From NCBI GenBank assembly GCA_951804945.1, contig OX638149.1, forward strand, positions 41,044,001-41,108,000: 64,000 nucleotides of DNA, in the 5' to 3' direction. A program made the position numbers and the translations under genes. Source of the DNA: Podarcis cretensis. Taxonomy: Eukaryota. The notes below the pieces were generated by a model. The model was given only the letters and a program-made list of their open reading frames with translations. It had not been told where the DNA came from and made no database searches. The first letter of the stretch is position 1. Every line of letters begins with the position of its first letter. Of the stretch, positions 52,996-64,000 are shown piece by piece.

Positions 52996-54963
52996 AAGAC
53001 AATCACTGGCATCAGGTCTGCAGTCCATTCTTCTGTGGGTGGGATTCACCCAATGAATCCCTCAGCAGAAGCCCTTACCAAGGGCTTCTGTTTCTGGAAT
53101 GGGCCTTTCCCCACATGCTTAGGGTGTGGATCAGGAGAACCCCCAGAACAGCAGGGAAAAGAGAATCATTGTGTCTGGCAAGATGAAATGCTTGCACAAA
53201 TGGAACATTTGTAAACAGTATGACATTGAACACTACCCATAGTTTTTCCTTGCACCCTGTGAGAAGTGGCATTGAATCTTATGTGCCACTTTTGATCTAG
53301 CAACCAGTTCTTCCAATGTTAAATGAGATGTCTCAGAGGTTTCTATGCCAATATAGTGGCCTCTGAGGAATTTTACAGAGTCTCCTGCCAGGTACATAAG
53401 CATGGATCTTGTAAAGCCAAGCTGTTCTGGTCCCCAAGCAACACAGCTGATGAGAATATTCTTCTCTTCTTCCCACTTCCTAAATGGCAAAGCCATCAAT
53501 CCAAGTCATCTAATCAAGTCAAGACTACTTTATGCAGCTTTTTGATAGATCTGGGAATGTACCAAAACACCATTTTCCATTGGTGATTTGCCAATTCAAA
53601 TATATAGCGCCTGATCACATTCCTAGATTAATCCTGAAATGCAGCCTCAAGGCTGATCTTGAACATCATCTCAGTGCTGGCAGGATTCTGGGTCTGTAGC
53701 TGACTCAGTTCTATTAACGTATTTGCTACGACTCTCCATGAGGAAGAAAGCTCTGAAGGTGAAATTATCTTCAGAGCTTCCTCTCCATTGAAAAGAAGTA
53801 TGTGCACTATGGACTATCTTTGACTTAATGACAAGCAATTTTAGGGTGCGAGAACAGGCTGCACCTCTTTAAATACATACCTATATGCAAAGAACAAAAC
53901 AATGGTAATGGTATCATATAAAAACCAGGTTTGTTTCCTCCATATAAACATGGGCAAGTCTTTGGCTAAAGGTGTTCTTGCATATCTATATGAAATGGCA
54001 TCTAGTTACTTTTGAAATTGTGTGCTGCAATTTTTAATCCCCCATTTTCCGCACCAGCCAGACTTCTACAGAGTTGATAAAGGGAAGAGTGTATTTAAAC
54101 ACTGAAATCCAGTTGGGCAACACTTTTATTAGGACCAATCAAGTGTCCCAAAATATTGGCTTACTTTCACATTTTCTGGATCAGTACAGATACTTTGGCT
54201 TTTTATCTTTCAGCATGTGCCAAGGGCCCCGGCCTCCCTATTGAAAATCCAAACACTCGTGAGCAGAGAGAATGTGTTCCATGGGAGAGGGCATGAAGAA
54301 GTTTGCATCTTAGCTTGCTGCCACTGAGAAGCCACAACCAGTTTTTGCCCACAACAGAGAATAACTGTATATCCTTCTTCTTACACAGTTTTCCTAAAAT
54401 CGTTAACTAATTATGGCAATGTGCTGCTTTCCCCTTCACAAAAAAGTAAGCCTTGGTGCATACTTGATAGCCCCATCCCCTGAGACACCAGTTTAAAGCA
54501 GAGACCACTGAACTGAAACAAAAGCACACTCGTTTAAAGAACTGATGTCAGTATCTACCAGGCAACCAGGAATGTGGATCTGGCTGCTCACATATGCAAC
54601 AAGGGGCAGCGGAACAGGGCCAAAAACGTAGTCAGGCTGAGAGGAACACTAATGTGAAGGTCAAACTAAGGCAAGGAGGAAAGACTTAATAAGACCTCAC
54701 TGCTCTTTAGGTTGCAGCCAGATAAAATGCTTCATCACAGGCAGGAGGAGGTGGAGTTGGCGTTTACAGCCAGGACTCTAGTTGCAAAGCTTGTAGGGGG
54801 AGAAACAGACCCACTAGACGGGAGGAACTTGTCTGGCTACATTCCAAAGAGAGACAAGACAGCCTGATCACCATGTACCTGACTGCTGGTTTGAGTTTGA
54901 GCTGAAGAGTAGTTTGGAGAACCAAAACAAATAGACAACGCAATGCAATTACCTTTAATCTGA

Positions 54964-54973
54964 TTTCTTTCTT

Positions 54974-55031
<58 letters not shown>
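54964..55031. repeat. Compound (TTTC)n(TC)n(AC)n microsatellite
   Basis: Direct reading. Confidence 0.95.
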
Positions 55032-55566
55032 TATATTAATTAGAAATAACTCCAATCTTCAGACTCAATAAATGAACTGGCTCTGACCTTTCAGAGTGTA
55101 GTTAAAGGAATTTCTTTTACTGGAGTTACAGGAAGTTATACAAATCTCACAATATGTGATGCTAGTTTCATACTGTGGCAACCAGCCCTGATCTCTTGCT
55201 CTCCATTTTGCCTGAACAAGCCAGGCACCTCCTTTCTGCCAAGCTCCCAGGACACTAAGTTCTGGGTTACATCCTGTCTAGCAAGGTCATAGAATAACTG
55301 AAGGGGTAATTTTCCCCAGTGATCGCCATCTCCCTCTGCCCCAGGAGGTGTCCACCATCTTCCCAACCCCACCTTACCTAACATGACCTGGGGTATAATT
55401 GGCTAGAAAGTGTCAGGTGCCACTCAACTTCAAGATAGGTAGAAACACTTTTTAAAATGGGATGTGGCTACACAGTCCTTTCCCCTTCATTGACCATCAG
55501 AATACCATGCAACTAAACATCTATGTTGCATTACTCATGAGGAGACCAGAAGCCTGTTTGTAATTA

Positions 55567-56165
55567 CCGTATTTTTCGCTCTATAAGACACACCCGACCA
55601 TAAGATGCACCTAGTTTTTAGAGGTGCTATGATGCTCATGTACTGCTTGTGGGCTTCCCACAGGCATCAAGCTGGCCACTGTGTGGCCACAGTGCTGGCC
55701 ACTGTCTCTGCGCAGCGCCCCTTCAGTGAAGCAGGAGGAGGAACAGAAGGGGCTCCGTTCCTCCTCCCGCTTCGCAGGAGAGGTGCTTCGCTGAAGGGGC
55801 ACTGTGCAGCTCTCCTGCGCAGAGAGGGAGAGCTATGCAGCACCCCTTCAGCGAAGCAGGAGGAGGAACAGAAGGAGCCCCTTCTGTTCCTCCTCCCGCT
55901 TCGCAGGAGAGGCACTTCGCTGAAGGGGCGCTGCACAAAGGAGAGCTGGGCAGCGCCCCTTCAGCGAAGCGGGGGGAGGAACAGAAGGGGCTCCGTTCCT
56001 CCTCATGCTTCGTAGGAGAAGCGCTTCACGGAAGGGGCGCTGGGCAGCTCTCCCTCTCTGCGCAGCGCCTCTCCTGAGAAGCGCCATTCGCTCCATAAGA
56101 CACACTCACATTTCCCCTTACTTTTTAGGAGGAAAAAAGTGTGTCTTATGGAGCTAAAAATACGG
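55567..56165. mobile_element. Tc1/mariner (Tc2/pogo-like) MITE with internal GC-rich hairpin array
   Basis: 27-bp TIRs ccgtatttttcgctctataagacacac / gtgtgtcttatggagctaaaaatacgg (2 mismatches); TA TSD. Confidence 0.88.
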
Positions 56166-59100
56166 TAGTTTGGGATAGGATAGACTTGAGCTAAAAAGCT
56201 CCTTTTATTTTCAGTATTCTCCTTTGTCCCTTTGTGCTGTCCCTTGCCTTCTTATTCCTAATAAATGTTAAATAATTGGACCACTGGGTTTGTGTGAATT
56301 ATTGCCAACTCTCAGGGTTCGTGCAATAATTCTCATGGCCTAAGCCACTTGCTTCATGCTACAGAGGTGTAGGATTGAGGTCGAAATAGAAAAGCAGGAT
56401 GCTGTTATCTCTAGATGGAGGACACAGGGAGATGGGTGCTGGCTCTGCTCCCCTTGTAAACTGAGAGGCATATTGGCAGAGAAAACCACGTTTCTTTCAG
56501 CCAAGGAGGGTCAAGTAAACTGAATGCTACCTCTGAGTCCCTGTGTATGTGTTTGCCTGAAATACCCCAAATCCTCTCCTGTCTGGGAGCTGTAGGAGTT
56601 AAGAGGACAAGGATGGTGGCAGCAATTTCCAAATAGTTTGGGACATGACTAGTCTACTTTGAAAGGCAGTTGTGTAAGGAAAGGAATAAGCAGGCTGCAA
56701 TCCAATATGCAGTTATACACATACAAGTCAAACCAAGTTCAGTGGAAATTACACACTCATGACTAGGGCAAGGCTGCAACTTTAATTTGCATTGCATAAC
56801 CAAATTAGAAGTATTTTTACAAACCCAAATTAAAAGGCAGCTTTCAACAAATCTTGCAACAGGAATTAATGAAATGTAAGGTGGGTGTGAAATAAGGGAG
56901 CTTAGTGCTTGTATACTGCAAAAATCCATAAACCCTTAATTTTTTTTTTATTAAATAGGGTTAATCTATGTTTAGATCTAAAATATACATATGACATCAT
57001 TTAAAAGGAAGCTGATTGACTGGAATGAAATATGAGATTTTCTGTTGTCTCTGCTGCAGGAAAAGTTGGGTGACTAAAGGTAAAAATCCAACTATTACAT
57101 AGTTCCTTCCTCTATGACTGCCGCCTGTTCTGATTATATGCATCTATTTTCAAAGAGCTTCTACGCCAGGCAGTAAGTTTTTCTGTGACTGCTATGATAA
57201 GGAAACCTTTAGCTCAAAAGCAGTGTGAGCAAGAGGTATCTTTGTACACAAGCACTTCCTGTTTTCATTCCATGATCAAATATGTTCTTTGCAGGGCAAA
57301 CAGGGGAGCACTTGAGGGAGGAAAGCAGAGATTTCTGAGAGGCTAATTGAGTGTACTAAAGAGCTGTTTGGCATGGAGGGAAAAGGAGTTTTCCAAGGCT
57401 ATGAATAAAGGCTGTATGGGTCAGATTTCTTGCTGTTCCTTTTCTTTAACTATCTTTGAAGTTAAATAACAACAGCCTTGATGTCAGGTTTACCTTTCTG
57501 ATATCATAATCTTTATGTACTACTGAGAAGCTTATACTACCAGGCTAGGATTTCCTTTACCCACTCAAATACTGGATATTATCCAGAAAAAGCATGCACG
57601 TTTTCTAGCAATTCATCCTAAGATCCTTTCATCTTCCTGTACCATTGTAATACTTAATGTAAGGCAGATACCAATTGCAGAATGAGAACACGGTTGAATT
57701 ATTATGCAAGCACTGGAGGTTTCTATCCACAAAAGCTTTATACGTAGTTTGTTCTTAGTATTATGGAAGTTTTTCCAAAAACTGAAATAGTGGAAAACTA
57801 CTATATACAGTTATGAAACAATGTGATGAAAGTCAGTCAGTGGGTCAAATTAATTCATGTAGAGTTATCAATCAAGATCAACATGTCATTTTAGCAATTT
57901 TGGAAGTAAAATAGTTCTTAAGATGAACCATATTTCCTATTTATAAAATATATATTCCACAAAAATTTCACATTGCACAGAAATTTTTGAGCTTAGTTTA
58001 AGCTTAAAGCAAAAATGGCTTGCCTCCCAGGCAAAGCAGAGGTTAATGATTTTTGTCATATTGAAACTAACAATTGCTACAGTTGGCCTTTAGTATTTTA
58101 TTTGTCCTTTTGAGGTATTCAGAATAGGTGACAATAGCTTGCAGTTGAGAACATATGTAGAGAGACCCCTGTGGCTTATGGAAAAAGTTGCTCCATGCTG
58201 GTTGGGAGTTTGAAAAAAAATACAACCAGAGTTCTTTTATGTCCCTTTCATTAATGAGAATGCATGAATGTCAAAATGCACCAATGGGCCATTCAAGGGG
58301 CAAAGCCTTAGCAGCCCCTTCTTTAAGAACACATCCTGTGATGTAAAATACATTTGCTTAACAAATTAAAATAATGAGATAATTCAATTAGTTTCTTTGA
58401 AAAAAGAAAGAGAAAAAGGGTACATTGTAGGATTATTGTAATACAAGACCAGGTCACAGAGCACAAAAGAGTGGACAAACCTATTTGAAATCAGGTTAGA
58501 GCAGTGGTGAAGGAAAACCATTTAAATTTTAAGACTCTTTCTATTATGAAATTTACTTGAGAAAATATTTGTAGATTATAGTTTACCTTCATAGAAGGAC
58601 CAAAGTTGTATTTTGAAGGAACAAACAAATCAGAAAGAAAAAAAGAATGCTGGAACTGTTTAAGGAAAGAGTTATTTTCTTTCTCAGCATGTGTTTATGG
58701 CAAAAATCTTTTTGAATTTTCATTGCACTAGTCAGAGGTCTCCATTATCAGTTCTCAGGTCTGAGAATTATAGCACAGTAAATCTCTCAACACCTACAAA
58801 CTCATTAAAACCTAGATGGTAAAGAGCTTTTTTTTTTTTTTTAGCTTATGCAAGGACCATCCTCATCAAAGCTACTGCATTTCCTTAGTTCATCTGGTGT
58901 GAGGCAGAGAAACATGGTGGAATTTCAGGAACGCTAAAAACCATGAAGATGTTATTCAAGATATGCGAGATATAAATTATCCTTTTGGCAAGCATACACT
59001 AAGCACTTTCCACACAACGTTTTAGAAAGAAAAGGCAGTGGCAAAAATCCATGGCGATGGGGATGACTTACTGAGAGTTGGGGAAATTAATATGCAAGCT

Positions 59101-59205
59101 TATATGAAATAAAGTGGATTATTCATAGCCCCAAGTTTTTTTCAGCATCAGTGTGCTGCTCTTCTAACCACTTCCTTCAGTTAAAAAAAAAAAAACCTCT
59201 CCCTC

Positions 59206-59497
59206 NNNNNNNNNNNNNNNNNNNNNNNNNNNNNNNNNNNNNNNNNNNNNNNNNNNNNNNNNNNNNNNNNNNNNNNNNNNNNNNNNNNNNNNNNNNNNNN
59301 NNNNNNNNNNNNNNNNNNNNNNNNNNNNNNNNNNNNNNNNNNNNNNNNNNNNNNNNNNNNNNNNNNNNNNNNNNNNNNNNNNNNNNNNNNNNNNNNNNNN
59401 NNNNNNNNNNNNNNNNNNNNNNNNNNNNNNNNNNNNNNNNNNNNNNNNNNNNNNNNNNNNNNNNNNNNNNNNNNNNNNNNNNNNNNNNNNNNNNNNN
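59206..59497. other. N-run, 292 nt
   Basis: Direct reading. Confidence 0.95.
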
Positions 59498-60753
59498 CAT
59501 GTTCTGCCTAATTCCTCTGAGCCAAGTAGGTACTACAGGGCACCTGACCTTTGAAATGGCCATAGCTGGAAGGCAAAAATAACCACTGTTCGAGCAGAAG
59601 CACTGGCTATTCTGGCTAATCCTGACCCTACAGGCCAGATCAATGCACCTTAGTTTGCTAATAATGTTCTTACATCAAAATGATGGTTTAAAACTGGTAT
59701 CTAATGCTACCCAACCCCTTCAAGCTGTTCCATCAGCAAAGCTGCTTGGTAGCCACCACTGTAAATAAAAGAGGTACCTGAATCACTCCAGGAACCATGA
59801 GACAGTAACTAATATCTACCACCACAAAAAATGTGTAATTTTAACAATCACAAAATGAACCCTTGTGTGTGATAGTTAACCACACTATCCTTTTAAGTAT
59901 TAGCCCAAACAAAATGGAGGGGAAAGTGAACTGATAATTTTACCGTTTTCCACCATTTCCAAGTAAAATTAAGAGAGCTACTACTTCTTTTGTAAAAATG
60001 TATTTTGATGCCTAAGTAAAGCTGTAATAGTCAACATAACACCAACACATAAAACCAATTGCAAAACAGGAGGATAAAGATAGATTGCTACTAAAAGTGT
60101 TGTTTTTTCACGTTTACTCGCTTTCCCCCAGAAGTGAATATGGCTAGCTTTTAAGATAATGGACTTGAAGAGCAGCTTAAATAGGTGCTTTAATCTCCTA
60201 TAGAACTGAGGAATTAGAAAAACTAAACGCTGTCTATATTTTGCATGTAAACCAACATAGGAAAAGTTTTCAAATGAATTCTCTGACTTCATCTACCTCT
60301 TGCAATGCATGTTGGAATATACACAGTATATGTGTGTTCCAAAAGCAACATAGCTCCACCATTTAGACGCCCTAGGATGGGGGCTGTTCAGAATCCCACA
60401 CTGATCCTCACTAACCATCATCAACCACTCAGCAGGCCTGCTTGGTTTACAGTGGACTCCTGAAATATTATTTAAGCCTGCCTGGACATCCCGTGGTGAC
60501 TATTCTACATCTCTGTTTCTGATGATTGCTCACCATAAACAGTTTCAAATAAATAAGTACATAAAATAGTCTCTCTAATTGTACAGTAAAATGGCAGTCC
60601 TTGAGGTGAATCCCATTTTGCACTAGGTGTGATGCTTTATACTCAAGGTACATAATATATAATAACTCCCAAATATATTCCATTGCAGAGAACCAACTTC
60701 CAACCACCCAAAACATTATCCTAAAATGTTGAAAGGGCTATTAAAAATAATTA

Positions 60754-60999
<246 letters not shown>

Positions 61000-61620
61000 T
61001 CAGATTAACTACTAAAGCACTAATGAAGTGTCATTCATATATGAAAAAATCAGGCATGTTCAATTTCTTATTAAACATGATTGCTGATATAGATATATAA
61101 AAATTAGAAATCATGTCTCTCCAAATACTAATTTTGTGCCTCACACACGCACAAACCATTAATTCAATTATAATTGTTTGCTTGACACAGTGCAATACTT
61201 CTTTGTCAATTATGAAATGCAGTGTGGGAAAACCTGCCACACAAAAACCTATTTACTGTAAATGCATTCCCTGCAACTATGCTGAATATATGGTGAAGGT
61301 AATCAAGTTAAATGTTCTGTGGTCTATATATTCTGGGCCCTCTGCATAGGTGACAGTAAATGTGTCACTGTTCAGAGCACATAACACACTGCCAGCTGAA
61401 CCCCTCCCCATTTACTATCATCTCCCCACTCACACACATGCACACGCACGCACACTTGTATGACCCTCAACATAGTATTTGCAAGACATGAAAACTTAAG
61501 TGCCTGCATCAGTGATCATTATATTCTGCTTCTTTTTATTTCTTTTTTTTTTTTAAGGATGCACATCAAGGTAGGGTGCTTGCTTAATCAGAACTTTCCA
61601 TGAACATCTTTCTCTTCAGT

Positions 61621-61872
61621 NNNNNNNNNNNNNNNNNNNNNNNNNNNNNNNNNNNNNNNNNNNNNNNNNNNNNNNNNNNNNNNNNNNNNNNNNNNNNNNN
61701 NNNNNNNNNNNNNNNNNNNNNNNNNNNNNNNNNNNNNNNNNNNNNNNNNNNNNNNNNNNNNNNNNNNNNNNNNNNNNNNNNNNNNNNNNNNNNNNNNNNN
61801 NNNNNNNNNNNNNNNNNNNNNNNNNNNNNNNNNNNNNNNNNNNNNNNNNNNNNNNNNNNNNNNNNNNNNNNN
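61621..61872. other. N-run, 252 nt
   Basis: Direct reading. Confidence 0.95.
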
Positions 61873-61988
61873 TTTGAACTAATAACTTTTAAAAAAGGAA
61901 AGAAACAAGATCCGACTTGTGGCATAATCAAATGCAAAATAAATGAAGAATACTGGGACAGCACTGAGACTTTATAGATTGCTGTGTT

Positions 61989-62248
61989 NNNNNNNNNNNN
62001 NNNNNNNNNNNNNNNNNNNNNNNNNNNNNNNNNNNNNNNNNNNNNNNNNNNNNNNNNNNNNNNNNNNNNNNNNNNNNNNNNNNNNNNNNNNNNNNNNNNN
62101 NNNNNNNNNNNNNNNNNNNNNNNNNNNNNNNNNNNNNNNNNNNNNNNNNNNNNNNNNNNNNNNNNNNNNNNNNNNNNNNNNNNNNNNNNNNNNNNNNNNN
62201 NNNNNNNNNNNNNNNNNNNNNNNNNNNNNNNNNNNNNNNNNNNNNNNN
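61989..62248. other. N-run, 260 nt
   Basis: Direct reading. Confidence 0.95.
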
Positions 62249-64000
62249 AGCTTCCTGAGGAATGCTATAGACCCATGAACTAATTCCTATAGCCTCTTCT
62301 GGATCTTTAGTGCTGCTAAAACAAACACATTACCGATACATAGAGGCTATTTACCTCAAAACTTTAAATTCTATTTCACCTTTGTTTATGGTGCCCACAC
62401 ACATTTCTTTAAAAAAGAAAAGAAAAGGCAAAAACAACTGGGAAGGGGAAAATACCACCACTCACCTCCCCCCCCCCAACTAGAGAAACAAACAAAAAAA
62501 AGCCAGAGCAAAGAGCTAGCAGATTAATTTTATTGACATTTCCATTTTCACTGCAATGTGATACCCTCCATCACATAGAAGAGATGGTCCTCACTATTTA
62601 CAGAATGACAGGCCACTTCATTACAACTACCCTGCCCCAAGGCTGAGCAGTTCCCTTCCATCTGCCCAAGGACCTGAGTCAGACCCCTAAGTTGCTGTTT
62701 TCTTTTTCTTTGACTAGAAGGTAAATTGAAGGTGTGGACAGTGATAAAAGAAAAAGACAGGAGTTTATCACAAACCAACCTTTTCCAGCAAGGAAAACAT
62801 ATTACTTTGGAAGAACTCCTTTTCTTAGTGGCCCACCACCCGACACCCATGCGTGTGCAAGAACAAATACACACCCTTTTCCACTGACTATGCCAAGGAA
62901 CTGCTGCAAGGCAAATTCTCACAAACACTAATGGCTTCTGACTGCTCCTTGGCAACCCCAGCATTTTAACCTGGGTGGATGTGCACTCCAAAATACAGGC
63001 ACTAGAGCTATCTCATCAGCTGTTCATGTGACACAGATGGAGAGTGGCTATTAGGAGCCAGGCAAGGGGCCTTGGGGATCTGAGGTGCTGTACTGTAGCC
63101 TCAGGCAATTTTGAAAAGCAGTACCCAGAGATGGAGGGAAAAGAACAATCCACGCCAAAAGTGCAAGTTCTGAAATGAGTCTCTTTTTCTATCTATTGTC
63201 TAGATAAAGATATCTTTGTCTTCTTTTCTAAAACCTATGAATGTATGCACATAATGCATGTAGATATAAAATCTTCTTTCAATCTGTCTCTCTTTCTTGG
63301 TCAGGCACACAAATACAACAGAAACACAAGAGAGAGCAATTCTTGTTTCTATCCAGGCATTCAGGAACACCTTAATGCTGCTTTTTGTGCAATGTTTAAT
63401 TTGGAGCCTTCCAAGAGGATCAGTACAGTGCTTTGATTATGAAAAAGGCTAATAATAGGTGGTTAGATATTCAGATTCATCCTGCATAAGTCTGGCTGAA
63501 GTTTACAGAGCCAATAGGCTTGATCTAGTGTAAAATGTTAGAGATTAATTACCAGTCTTGATCCTCTCTCCATTCATATAACGAAAGAGAGGGAAAGGGG
63601 AGAAACTTATCTAATAGGAGCAAGAGACAAATGAAAATTCTGCAAATCATCAATAACTGAGTTCCAATAGTCTAGTTATACTATAAATAGTATGCACTGT
63701 AAACATTAAATAAGACAACTACATTAGTGATGAAAGAATGAAAGTGAAAACTTGTGGTATGGTAAAATTAGAATGCATTTCATAGCAGTTACACGAGTTA
63801 CAACACTGCAAATAAGATCAGAACTGGAATTTAGTCTGTCTGAAATTAGGAAAATAAAACAGGTTATCTGTGAAATATTACGAAAAAGAGGAGCATATGT
63901 CTATTTTAAACAAGTCCCGCCATCCCTCACCAATCTTGCTGTACTGAATGAAAAACTAAAGGCAGAGCAGCAAAATGAAATCTTAGCTGTTGAGCATGTG

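Noticed and set aside
53230-53650. Possible decayed coding or retroelement sequence
   Set aside because: Hand translation gave no motif I can name; it would need a tBLASTx or HMM search.
53748-53779. Short hairpin aagctctgaaggtga/ttatcttcagagctt as an ncRNA or terminator
   Set aside because: Too short to be distinguished from chance or a MITE relic; there is no other support.
55605-56105. Overlapping GC-rich ORFs on both strands and a repeat-spacer look reminiscent of a CRISPR array
   Set aside because: They lie inside a TIR/TA-flanked MITE in a vertebrate intron. The ORFs arise from the stop-poor palindromic repeat, the linkers are related to each other, and there are no cas genes.

Overview
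Vertebrate (squamate, most likely lacertid lizard) genomic DNA; the taxon is inferred from three Sauria-type SINEs and lizard-type L2/CR1/RTE/MITE fragments. The only real coding sequence I can find is one 146-nt exon of the TALE homeobox gene MEIS2 on the minus strand (60796-60941; [14 protein letters not shown]...[23 protein letters not shown]), with canonical splice sites. Everything else appears to be MEIS2 intron: about 60.8 kb downstream (the next exon, HPYPSEEQ..., was not seen by eye) and about 3 kb upstream. The intron holds decayed LINEs (CR1, L2, RTE, L1/Tx1-like, RTE-X-like), SINEs, many hAT, Tc1/mariner and foldback MITEs, microsatellites and several repeat-poor blocks that look like conserved enhancers. 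The other ORFs in the track are chance ORFs or TE remnants. I found no convincing new protein-coding system. The most notable observations are: six N-runs whose lengths are all multiples of 4 and that sit in unique, partly HOX/PBX/MEIS-motif-bearing sequence (possibly masked ultraconserved elements); repeated nesting of TEs inside older TEs; a MITE carrying a three-unit array of GC-rich hairpins; a tRNA-Asn/CR1 SINE; and B-box loss in both SINEs antisense to MEIS2. All coordinates and repeat-family names come from reading by eye, not from database searches.
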